Source: Drouetiella sp. (GTDB lineage: Bacteria; Cyanobacteriota; Vampirovibrionia; Obscuribacterales; Obscuribacteraceae). From it: DNA of 64,000 bases. Every line of letters starts with the position of its first letter. Position 1 is the stretch's first letter. Location of the stretch: the NCBI GenBank assembly GCA_036702955.1, contig DATNPY010000039.1:1642-65641 (forward strand), written 5' to 3'. Below, piece by piece: positions 39,474 to 48,107 of this stretch. The translations under genes were made by a program, and so were the position numbers. Below the pieces are notes generated by a model. That model did not search any database and was not told where the DNA came from. It saw only the letters and a program-made list of their open reading frames with translations.

Positions 39474-40879
39474 ACCATCGCTATCGACATAAGCCTGGGA
39501 ATCATCACCGATTGTTCGAATTTTTCGTTCGAGCACTGGCTTGTGCGGCGTTCTTAGTGCCACCACATGCGAAGGCAGAACCTGCAGGCGATGGGGATGA
39601 TTATGGCAAGGTGCCACGTCTTCCTGTGAGCAGAATATACAATTTGAATGCATGTTTTAGCATCGCCGATCAACACAATAAGGATATTGCTGTTGCCAGA
39701 CATAACCTGCAGATTTCGCAGGCAGGAATCAAGATTGCTGGAGCTTTGCCAAATCCCCAACTACAAGTGCAGACCGGGTTTGGAGATGCGTTCGAGTATC
39801 TGTTCACGGGGCAAACGCAGCAAGCGTTTTTAACTGAACAAATCCAAACTGCGGGCAAACGTTCCAAAAAGATTGCTGTTGCAAAACAGACTTTGAAAAT
39901 ATCTGACGTGCAACTTTCAGCTTTGCGTTTTGATGTGCACAACCGCGTCAGGCGCGCTTACTGCGAACTGGCTGCGGCAGAGGCGTACGACCTTTTGATA
40001 CAGCGGCAAAAATCGGCAGCATTGGAGTTATTGGAAATTGCGAAGGCTAGAGCTGGAAGCGTCAAGGATGACGCGGATGTGCTGCAGGCGAGTTTAAACG
40101 TCGACCAGTTCGAGCCGCTCCTCAATCAAGTGCAGGGGCGCTTGCAACAGGCGTCAACCAATCTTACTCTTTTGCTTGGCGAGAAGCCTGACCGCGTTGA
40201 AGTTTTCGATGTGGATGATACAGGTTTGTTCGAATCAAATAAGACTACAAACAATGTTCCTGCGCCTGAGCGTGCCCTGCCAGCGCTCGGAGACTTGATT
40301 CGGCTCGCAATTACCGCGAAACCTGACTTGAAAATGGCGCAGGAGAGAGCAACGCTCAGCCGCAAGTCGCTTTCGTTGTCGCGAGCTGAACGTGTGCCTG
40401 ATGTTTTTCTGGGCTCTGGATTCACTTTCTCCACCTTTGCAAAGAATCAGCCCGCTGGGCTTTCCGGCGCTGGAAATTATTTCGGAGAAGGTGCGTTCTT
40501 TACGATGTCGACTGAAGCCCCTGTGTTTTATCAGCACCAGGGAGAAATTAAACAAGCCGCAGCAACTGTTCGTCAGTCAGACCTGCAGGTTGACCTGCTC
40601 AGGGCACAGACTGCGGCAAGCATTGTTGCCGACTACAACATGATTAAAACAACACAGGTAAACCTTTCACTGTTGAAGGAAAGATTGTTACCCACGACTG
40701 GCGCGCTGGCTACCGCGGCGCTGGAGGCTTATAAGAAGGGCTCTGTGGATTTAGGTACTGCGATGGTCGCGCAACAACAGTCGCAGCAAACATTGTCGAG
40801 CTTCTTTGATGCCGTTGTCTCTTATCAGAATGCGTGGGCAGACCTGGAGCGTGACGTCGGAGTTCCACTGAAAATTTGA
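39470..40879 (+). CDS. TolC/OEP-family outer-membrane factor, paralogue 3
   Basis: Same conserved blocks (FDVHNRVRRAYCELAAAEAY, YQNAWADLERDVGVPLKI). Confidence 0.8.
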   Translation: MNHRYRHKPGNHHRLFEFFVRALACAAFLVPPHAKAEPAGDGDDYGKVPRLPVSRIYNLNACFSIADQHNKDIAVARHNLQISQAGIKIAGALPNPQLQVQTGFGDAFEYLFTGQTQQAFLTEQIQTAGKRSKKIAVAKQTLKISDVQLSALRFDVHNRVRRAYCELAAAEAYDLLIQRQKSAALELLEIAKARAGSVKDDADVLQASLNVDQFEPLLNQVQGRLQQASTNLTLLLGEKPDRVEVFDVDDTGLFESNKTTNNVPAPERALPALGDLIRLAITAKPDLKMAQERATLSRKSLSLSRAERVPDVFLGSGFTFSTFAKNQPAGLSGAGNYFGEGAFFTMSTEAPVFYQHQGEIKQAAATVRQSDLQVDLLRAQTAASIVADYNMIKTTQVNLSLLKERLLPTTGALATAALEAYKKGSVDLGTAMVAQQQSQQTLSSFFDAVVSYQNAWADLERDVGVPLKI

Positions 40880-41008
40880 GCATGCTCGGCTCTCTTGGCA
40901 ATACTGATTTGCGTTGATTTCATGTCTGATGGTCACATTCTTAAGCACTTTGAGTTGATCCTTTCAGGTTGTGGCTAGATAATATCCCCGGTTCTGCAGG
41001 TATTCTGA

Positions 41009-41899
41009 ATGTTCTTGTCCAGGCGATTTTCGTCTCTCGCGGTATCATTGGCGTTTCTTGCATCCGTTCCGGGCGTGTCGGCTAGCACACTGGCATTTAC
41101 TGCCAACGGTGGCAACATCACAGCTTTCGAGGGCGATTGCGAAGCTCGCAGCATAGGCGGTGTGGCGCTCCCAAAGGGCACAGTCGCGATTTCCGGAAAT
41201 ACAATCACAGTCAATGCTGTGCCAGACTGGTTATTCGACCGCCATCCTGTCCTCACAGGGGTTGTAATCAATCCATCGCTGGTAACTGCAGGGACGGCAA
41301 ATACAGTTACAGGAATTGCCTACTTTACGAAAGGCGAATGGCTGAGCAATCTGGGTCCTAATCGGGCTTCTGAATATGTCACTTTGAAGGACGGTGCTAC
41401 TTTGTCCGGGCATATCGCCGGGGCTACAACGACGGCACTAGATATGGTGCTGGCTGATGGTACACGCCGCACAGTCAATTTCTCCGAACTGGAGTCGATT
41501 ACTTCCCCTCGGGCTTATCCGTTCAAAATTCCAGCTAGTTCCGTCAAGATTGAACCTTCTGATGGTTCCTACACCGCAGAAGTGACCACCGCATCCTTCA
41601 CTCCCGCTATGTTCCATAGCCATCTCGCTTTGTTCGGCTCAAACAAGCCCCGAGTGCCTAAGTCAACTTTAGCTGGCACAGAGGGCGGTGTATCAAACAA
41701 GTATATTGCTACGATGATCGCCACAGATATCATATCTAATACCATCGCGCCAGCCATTGCGATACCGATAACGTTCACGCGCTCGACTTTGCATGCTCGC
41801 CAGTTGCTGTTTTTCAACGAAAACAACAGCGTTTCTCAGCCGCCATTTGCTCCGCAAGTCTGGTCGAATGGAACCATACACTTTTATCCCTTCCAGTGA
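41009..41899 (+). CDS. hypothetical secreted protein
   Basis: Signal peptide MFLSRRFSSLAVSLAFLASVPGVSAS. Beta-rich composition. Sits between the third and fourth TolC-like genes. Confidence 0.5.
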   Translation: MFLSRRFSSLAVSLAFLASVPGVSASTLAFTANGGNITAFEGDCEARSIGGVALPKGTVAISGNTITVNAVPDWLFDRHPVLTGVVINPSLVTAGTANTVTGIAYFTKGEWLSNLGPNRASEYVTLKDGATLSGHIAGATTTALDMVLADGTRRTVNFSELESITSPRAYPFKIPASSVKIEPSDGSYTAEVTTASFTPAMFHSHLALFGSNKPRVPKSTLAGTEGGVSNKYIATMIATDIISNTIAPAIAIPITFTRSTLHARQLLFFNENNSVSQPPFAPQVWSNGTIHFYPFQ

Positions 41900-41914
41900 T
41901 CAACACTTTCGGGT

Positions 41915-43498
41915 TTACAGGTCGAGCGGCGAGCCGCAAGCTTGTTCAAGACTTGTATACGCCTGCTGATACTGCATTACCGCGTCCAAATACATGTTGC
42001 GAATTTGAATGTTGGCTTGCTGAGCAAGAAGCGTAGAGTTGATGTCGGATTGTCCCACCTCGTAGCTGCGGCGTGATAGACGAGCCACTTCGTTCGAGTC
42101 TGCCAGCACGTGTTCTTGATAGACGCGGATTCGTTCGCGAGCGGTCAGAACATCGTTATATGCAGCCACGACGTCACCCTGAATTTTGTTTTTCTGCGAG
42201 CCAATTTCGTAGCCAAGCTGCCTTCCAATAGCTTTATATTTGGCTATGTCGCCCTGGTTCATGTTGCTTACGGGCGTTTCGATATTCAACGTAAAAAAGT
42301 TCGCGTTTAGTTTTGGTCCACTCGGGGGATTGCCTGCAACTGACTGCCCATAGGTGACTTGAGGGTTCGGCATGATGTTTGCAATAGCATTTTTCATGTT
42401 AGCGCTGTTGACTTTCAACTGTTGGTTCAAGCTTCTCAGCTCAAGTCGATTTTCCAGCGCCAGATTTATGTAAAACTGCAACGGATGCTCGGCTTTGCTA
42501 AAGTCAGGCAGAATGCCAGGTTTAACCGCTTTCAGCTGGAATGCCGAGGGTTTTGGTCCAGTGAAGTCAGGCAGCCTTGGTACCGTAATTGGTGACTCTG
42601 CCGAGCGCCCCATAATAACGTTGAGGTTTTGACCGCTGCGCACCAGGCGCTGATTGCCTACACCTAATTCGATTTGAGCCTGAGAAGTAGCCAGTCTTGC
42701 TCGTAAAACGTCCAACTCGGGAACGTCGCCAGCCTGAAAGCGCTTCGTCGACACGTTCAACAGACGTTCGGTCAGCTCATATAAATCAAAAAGCTGTTTG
42801 GCGGTTTCCTGAGCTACGACCGCATCCGTGAAGGCACTGCGGGCGGTCGCTCTCAGCGCCCACAATGTGGTCAGCAAATCAGTTTTGTTCTGGTCGTAAT
42901 AGCGCTTTGCGGACAAGACCCGAAATGCCAATTTCCAGGGCGGATCGTAAACAGTTGTTGTACCGATACGGCGTACTTGTTCTGCGATCAATCCTCTATC
43001 CATAAAGAAAGAAGGGTTCGGCGCAATCGCCGCCTGAGCAATTCCAGCTTTAGAAATGGGCAGCTGGGCTCGAATGGCGGCGGCACGAGGACTTTTGGTC
43101 AGTGTTTCGTCAAGCGCTTGAGAAAGCGTCACTCCCTCGCTCTGTCCGGGCTGCAACGGTGGCGTTTGACCCGTCGAATATTGCACCGTGCCTTTGACTT
43201 GCCCTGGTACGGTTGGAGTAATCGTGGCGCCGTTAGGACCGCCCAGAAGGTTTTGAACATCTTGAGCCGACGGTGAAACCGGACCCCGCAGCGCTGGCGT
43301 CGATGAGGCGGGCGCCACGGTCGAACCAGGCGACGTCTGACTGCTGCTTGGCGCAATCGGTCGAGCCGGTGCAGGCATTCCAGCTGATATTACATAATTG
43401 TCGGTGCCGTCCTGCAAAAACTGGTCCGCACCCCTGGCGAGTGCTGGAGCGTTATTGATTGTCAGGATGCCGAGGACGGCTAGTAAGTGTCGATTCAT
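41915..43498 (-). CDS. TolC/OEP-family outer-membrane factor, paralogue 4 (convergent)
   Basis: Signal peptide and Pro/Ser-rich linker. OEP-type repeats with C-terminal YQQAYTSLEQACGSPLDL. Confidence 0.75.
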   Translation of the reverse strand: MNRHLLAVLGILTINNAPALARGADQFLQDGTDNYVISAGMPAPARPIAPSSSQTSPGSTVAPASSTPALRGPVSPSAQDVQNLLGGPNGATITPTVPGQVKGTVQYSTGQTPPLQPGQSEGVTLSQALDETLTKSPRAAAIRAQLPISKAGIAQAAIAPNPSFFMDRGLIAEQVRRIGTTTVYDPPWKLAFRVLSAKRYYDQNKTDLLTTLWALRATARSAFTDAVVAQETAKQLFDLYELTERLLNVSTKRFQAGDVPELDVLRARLATSQAQIELGVGNQRLVRSGQNLNVIMGRSAESPITVPRLPDFTGPKPSAFQLKAVKPGILPDFSKAEHPLQFYINLALENRLELRSLNQQLKVNSANMKNAIANIMPNPQVTYGQSVAGNPPSGPKLNANFFTLNIETPVSNMNQGDIAKYKAIGRQLGYEIGSQKNKIQGDVVAAYNDVLTARERIRVYQEHVLADSNEVARLSRRSYEVGQSDINSTLLAQQANIQIRNMYLDAVMQYQQAYTSLEQACGSPLDL

Positions 43499-43866
43499 GA
43501 GCGGGTTCAGTATATCCGAGGCTTCGAAACGACTGCCAGGTAGCCTTTTAATGTACTTTGGGAAAGCAAACTGAAAGGAACAGCGCCTGGAGGCGCTCTC
43601 TGAGCCGATTCATTTTACAGCAAGGTCTTTTTGACGATGTGACTAATTCGTGAAGCCGCAAGCAGGAGCTTTCTATCGCGTACGGACGAGCATTAATTTG
43701 CTAACATCTAGGAGTGGTTTCGCTAGCGTGTCTATAAAAGCTCTGGCGGGTATAGATACGGGGTCCAGGAATCCAATCTGTTTAGAGTCGCAAGATTCAC
43801 GCAAGGATCAGATATAGTTCTTTCTGGACAGTACGGAGATCAGGCCCACGGCACGGCCGCGGCGAT

Positions 43867-44607
43867 ATGAACGACAAGGAAAGCCGAAGTTTTTTGCGGG
43901 GGCAAATGGAGTTTACCCCTCAGCGGATGATGCGATACATCCGCTCGCGGGCGCGTTTGGCTACCGACGAAGATGTCGAGGACATCTTGCAGAACGCCCT
44001 TGTGCTGGTCACAAAGCACTTCGACCCTTCCCATCCCGAGGCTAAGCTCGCTCCCTACTGCCTGGGCGCCTGCAACAAGGCAATCGCGCAGAATCTGGAG
44101 CGCTATCACAAGGTTCAACTAAAGAAGCGCGACGAGAAGAAAACGTCTGACCAGACGGTCGAAATCGGCGTTGCCGCGCACGACGCCAACTACGACGGCG
44201 AATCGATGACTCGTAAGCAGTACGGTCTCGGCAAAACCTTCAGCGAGGAATCTTCCACATCCAATCAATGGCGAACGACGTCGTTAGACTCCATGTTTGA
44301 CGCCGAGGATGGTCGCACCGCCGACGACGTTTTCGGCATGGAATATACAATGTCTGGAAATTCTGAGGGGAATGACCCGGCGGCAAAAGCCATGATTAAC
44401 GATCTAATAGATCAGATTCTGGCTGAGCTTCCAGAGCAAATCCACCGCACCTGCTTCGTTTTGAAGTATGTCGAAGGTTACAAAAGAGAAGATTTGATTT
44501 CATGTCTAAAAATGGACCCCAAGAGTATAGATACGATCGACAAGAAAATAGTTCGAACGCTGAAAGCGTTTAAAGAGAAATTGGACAGAGACGAGGCGCG
44601 TATCTAG
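43867..44607 (+). CDS. ECF-like sigma-70 family factor with long sigma2-sigma4 linker
   Basis: Region 2-like DEDVEDILQNALVLVTKHFD. Region 4-like CFVLKYVEGYKREDLISCLKMDPKSIDTIDKKIVRTLKAF. About 100 aa of Ser/Asp-rich sequence lies between them. Confidence 0.55.
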   Translation: MNDKESRSFLRGQMEFTPQRMMRYIRSRARLATDEDVEDILQNALVLVTKHFDPSHPEAKLAPYCLGACNKAIAQNLERYHKVQLKKRDEKKTSDQTVEIGVAAHDANYDGESMTRKQYGLGKTFSEESSTSNQWRTTSLDSMFDAEDGRTADDVFGMEYTMSGNSEGNDPAAKAMINDLIDQILAELPEQIHRTCFVLKYVEGYKREDLISCLKMDPKSIDTIDKKIVRTLKAFKEKLDRDEARI

Positions 44608-44610
44608 GAG

Positions 44611-45294
44611 ATGGAAATGAACACCCTGAATGAAAAGTTGGATAAGGTCCTCGCAATCAGTGACGAGAAGAAATGCGCTGAGTCATTTGAGAAATTCTGC
44701 GCTGAGAACTTCAACGACCTGCCGCTGCCAGGAGAAAATACAAAGTTTGACGGTGCAATGTGGGCTGCGTCTCAATTTAGAGCGTTGTCAAAGACCGATG
44801 AAGCGATCATCAAGCGTGTCACCGAGAAGTTGCTTGGCGAGCAGGTCGATGTCGTGAAAGAAGCTGTCGTGAAGCTGAGAGACATGGTCGGCAGCACGAA
44901 AGAAGCGGCGATCAATACATGGCAAGATATGCTGGCTGCGATGGCGTGGCAGCAGATGGTGCCTGCAGGAGCGTTGCGTGGAGTGGGTGCGCAGTTGGTT
45001 GGTCTGGGAACGTTCCAGAAGACAGTCGACGATGCAAACATTCAAATCAATCTTGGATGGCACGTAGACACGGACCAGTTGCGGATTCTCTTGCAAGCGA
45101 AAGACAAGGAAGAAAATGCCCTGTCCAATGTCGAAATGAGAATCAACGAAGCTGAACGCGGCGTTGTCTTCTCGAGAAAGACAAATGAAGACGGTTCTGT
45201 TGTCGCTCCGAGCGTAAAGGTTGGACCGGGACAGTATCAGATTCAAGTCTTCTTTGCCGACAAAGTTGTAGAGACACCGTTCTTCCGCATTTAA
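44611..45294 (+). CDS. hypothetical protein co-transcribed with the sigma factor
   Basis: ATG lies 4 nt after the sigma gene stop, behind AGGAG. No transmembrane segment. Helical N-terminal half and beta-rich C-terminal half. Confidence 0.5.
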   Translation: MEMNTLNEKLDKVLAISDEKKCAESFEKFCAENFNDLPLPGENTKFDGAMWAASQFRALSKTDEAIIKRVTEKLLGEQVDVVKEAVVKLRDMVGSTKEAAINTWQDMLAAMAWQQMVPAGALRGVGAQLVGLGTFQKTVDDANIQINLGWHVDTDQLRILLQAKDKEENALSNVEMRINEAERGVVFSRKTNEDGSVVAPSVKVGPGQYQIQVFFADKVVETPFFRI

Positions 45295-45396
45295 CCCAGT
45301 ACGCTCAACTGCTTTTTTCCGAACCGCTCCTTTCCGAACTATATTTTGTCACGATCTAAGTCTCATCTTGCTCGGCAGCAGATGTAAGGCTAGACA

Positions 45397-45437
45397 GCAA
45401 CCCGCGAGCTTGATGAAGTGCTCGCGGATTGCTTTTT
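45397..45437 (+). terminator. intrinsic terminator after 44611..45294
   Basis: GCAACCCGCGAGC-ttgatgaagt-GCTCGCGGATTGC (13-bp stem with 1 mismatch) followed by TTTTT. Confidence 0.6.
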
Positions 45438-45589
45438 GTTGGTGTGTGTGAAGTGCTCGCTGGCTGTTTTTTGTTGGTGTGCGTGAAGTGCTCGCGGGTT
45501 GTTTTTTGTTGGTGTGTGTGAAGTGCTCGCGGGTTGTTTTTTGTTGGGGTGTGTGAAGTGCTCGCCGGGTGTTTTGTGATAGGTGTCAG
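45415..45589. repeat. 5 x 35-bp tandem repeat (GAAGTGCTCGCGGGTTGTTTTTTGTTGGTGTGTGT)
   Basis: Units start at 45415, 45450, 45485, 45520 and 45555, an exact 35-bp period. The first unit is the 3' arm plus T-tract of the terminator. There are no spacers between units. Confidence 0.9.
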
Positions 45590-45680
45590 TTTCTGAGGAC
45601 ATGCAAGTCCGAGGCAGTATCAAAGTCAAATGCATGGATGACAGGTTATGATGTCGCCGATGTCTTTGTGAGGAAGAGTT

Positions 45681-46655
45681 TTGTCGAAGCCGCTCAGCTT
45701 ACTGTCCTTGCTCATTGCAGTTTCTTTCAGCGCGTCCATGACTACAATTCCGCTACAGACCGTAGCGGCAGACAAGCGAAACGAGTCGGAGTGGCACACA
45801 GGGAACTGGCAGCCGGCGCAGGGATTCAAGCAAACCCCAATATGGCCGGCGCACGCAGTTCCGGGAGGATTTTCGGTAAAAGGTCCGGAAGAATTGAACG
45901 CAGCCGGAGATTTTGTTGGCAAAGTTTCGATCCCGACCATGACCGTTTATCCAGCCAAAGGCAAGCCGAATGGCGCAGCTGTGGTCATCTTCCCTGGTGG
46001 TGGTTACTATTGCCTGGCAATGAAACTCGAAGGAACCGATGTCTGCGATTGGCTTACTAACAAAGGCGTGACGTGTATCTTGCTCAAGTATCGTGTGCCC
46101 GGGGATCATTTGTATCCACGGTCGGGCTGCTATCCTGGTTCTGCAGCCGCATTGCAGGATGCTCAAAGAACGCTGCGTCTTGTTCGGTCGCAAGCTGCGG
46201 AATTGAAGATCGACCCGCACAAAATTGGTGTGTTGGGATTTTCAGCTGGTGGTCATCTGGTAGCTGCTACGAGCACACTCTTCGACAAGCAGTTGTATAA
46301 GCCTATCGATGCCGCTGATAAGCTCAGTTCGCGTCCTGATTTTGCTATTGCCCTTTATCCCGGGCATTTGAACGAGCACACGACCCAAAAGTTTCAGCTG
46401 AATCCATATGTTCCAGTTAGCAAAGACACTCCGCCCACTTTTATAGTGCAGGCGGAAAACGACCCCGTCGATGATGTGGAAAATTCTCTCGCTTATTTTG
46501 CAGCTTTGAAGAAAGCGCAAGTGCCCGCTGAATTGCACATATATGCCGAGGGAAAACATGCGTTCGGATTGAAGCAATCGAACTTACCTATCTCCGAGTG
46601 GACCAAACTCGCCGAACGGTGGTTGGCAGAAAACAAAATGATTCCCAGGGGGTGA
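45681..46655 (+). CDS. secreted alpha/beta hydrolase (esterase/lipase-like)
   Basis: Signal peptide, FPGGGY oxyanion region and nucleophile elbow GFSAGGHL. Confidence 0.75.
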   Translation: MSKPLSLLSLLIAVSFSASMTTIPLQTVAADKRNESEWHTGNWQPAQGFKQTPIWPAHAVPGGFSVKGPEELNAAGDFVGKVSIPTMTVYPAKGKPNGAAVVIFPGGGYYCLAMKLEGTDVCDWLTNKGVTCILLKYRVPGDHLYPRSGCYPGSAAALQDAQRTLRLVRSQAAELKIDPHKIGVLGFSAGGHLVAATSTLFDKQLYKPIDAADKLSSRPDFAIALYPGHLNEHTTQKFQLNPYVPVSKDTPPTFIVQAENDPVDDVENSLAYFAALKKAQVPAELHIYAEGKHAFGLKQSNLPISEWTKLAERWLAENKMIPRG

Positions 46656-46656
46656 T

Positions 46657-47283
46657 ATGTTTTTGAGTGCAAAATTTTTCCGGTCGTGGCTGCTTACGAT
46701 GTGCCTGCTTTCTTCTGGCTCGACGCTGGCTCTTGCTGATTCAAAAGCGGGCGATGTAAAAGCGGCTGCGAAATCTGACACGAAATCGGATACGAAATCT
46801 GATACAAAATTGGACGCGAAATTGGATACGAAATCCAATACGAAATCGGGCGCGAAATTCGATACGAAATTGGATGCGAAATCAGACGCGAAATCCGATT
46901 CGAGATCTTTCGACAAGCTGTATGCCGACTGGACAAAATCTTTCAATAAAAAGGACATGGTGGGAACGATGTCGATTTTCGCTCCAACCTGCACTGCTGC
47001 GCTTCCCGATGCGACACACAAAACCTACGACCAGATCGAAAGTGGTTTTAAAAAGCTGTTTGCAGATAAGAGTAAAAGTTACCAGTACACGTACGATGTC
47101 CACAATATTTATCACAACGGCGATTTAGCCGCAGTGCGCATTACCTGGCACCTCGCCACTTACCAAAATGGAAAGTTGCTCGAGAAAAACAATGAACATG
47201 GACTCGACGTACTGCAGCGCGACAAAAGCGGCGCCTGGAAAATCGTTAACTGGGTGGCGTTTGCGGAGCACTTGCCGCTCTGA
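46657..47283 (+). CDS. secreted NTF2/SnoaL-like (DUF4440-like) protein with K-S-D-T repeat linker
   Basis: ATG lies 1 nt after the upstream stop. Signal peptide, then a repeat tract. The C-terminal ~120 aa resemble the NTF2-like fold (GDLAAVRITWHL...WKIVNW). Confidence 0.5.
   Translation: MFLSAKFFRSWLLTMCLLSSGSTLALADSKAGDVKAAAKSDTKSDTKSDTKLDAKLDTKSNTKSGAKFDTKLDAKSDAKSDSRSFDKLYADWTKSFNKKDMVGTMSIFAPTCTAALPDATHKTYDQIESGFKKLFADKSKSYQYTYDVHNIYHNGDLAAVRITWHLATYQNGKLLEKNNEHGLDVLQRDKSGAWKIVNWVAFAEHLPL
46768..46899 (+). repeat. coding 12-bp tandem repeat, about 11 units (GAYACGAAATCN)
   Basis: Read directly. Encodes (A/T)K(S/L/F)(D/N/G) repeats. Confidence 0.85.
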
Positions 47284-47340
47284 GTCTGTTTTCTGAGTCC
47301 ACTTTGCAAGACTGTTGCTCTGGCACAAGAGTCAGCCGAC

Positions 47341-48006
47341 TTAGCCGATTGAGATCATAACGACTGTGGATTCAGTGACGAGTTTCAGACAATCGTGAAC
47401 GATTTTGATGCCATCCATCATGGCTTTGCCGCGTTCTGGAAAATCTTCCGCTGGTGGCATTGTTGATTGCATCGCCATTATTTCCTTCATTTTTTCTGGT
47501 GGCATTGCCGCCGCCATTTTTTTCAGTATTTCTTCCCGGTACTGCTCAGCAGCGTGCATATATTCCGATGCAATCTCGTTTTCAGAAAACTTTGCAGGGT
47601 CGAGTTTGTTCAAATATTTTTCTTTCAGTTCGCTGTCTAATAAGTGGCGTTGCGACTCGCCTTCTCGATCTTGATAAGTTTTTGCCATAAGGTCAATTTG
47701 TTTCTCGTCTTTCAAAAAGGCAAGTAGTTCAGCCATCACATATCCTGACCAGTTGTACAGGTAAGGTTCTTTTGAATTTTGGACCAGGAAATTGTAGATT
47801 TTCTTGTAGTCCTTCATTCGGGCTTTAAAAGCAGGTGAATTCATCATGTCACGAGTTACTGCCATCAACACTTTGTGCTCTTCTGCTTTTTGATCGTCAT
47901 CTGCTTTGGTCAAAGTCGAGCCAATCAGGTGCAAGTCAGCCATAGCGCAATATTCTTCGAATTTTGCGCGCTCCATCACATAGAAGGAAGCTATGGCAGA
48001 CATCAC
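47341..48006 (-). CDS. hypothetical cytoplasmic protein, possibly YfbM/DUF1877-like
   Basis: The N-terminus MMSAIASFYVMERAKFEEY and C-terminus ...STVVMISIG resemble my recollection of the YfbM termini. This is weak evidence. Confidence 0.35.
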   Translation of the reverse strand: MMSAIASFYVMERAKFEEYCAMADLHLIGSTLTKADDDQKAEEHKVLMAVTRDMMNSPAFKARMKDYKKIYNFLVQNSKEPYLYNWSGYVMAELLAFLKDEKQIDLMAKTYQDREGESQRHLLDSELKEKYLNKLDPAKFSENEIASEYMHAAEQYREEILKKMAAAMPPEKMKEIMAMQSTMPPAEDFPERGKAMMDGIKIVHDCLKLVTESTVVMISIG

Positions 48007-48107
48007 AAACTCCTGTCAGGTAAAGCAGCGTTTCCGTTTCAGTTACACGCGGTCCAAAAGCTTGCCAAGTGCGTTAAACTGGGTGCCCCCAATTGTAGTA
48101 AAAAATC

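Noticed and set aside
45390-45635. 81-aa minus-strand ORF, and a possible CRISPR array
   Set aside because: The ORF is only the translation of the 35-bp tandem repeat. The units are contiguous with no unique spacers, so it is not a CRISPR array.
46584-47021. 145-aa minus-strand ORF with FASDFVSNF repeats
   Set aside because: It is the antisense translation of the 12-bp coding repeat in 46657..47283.
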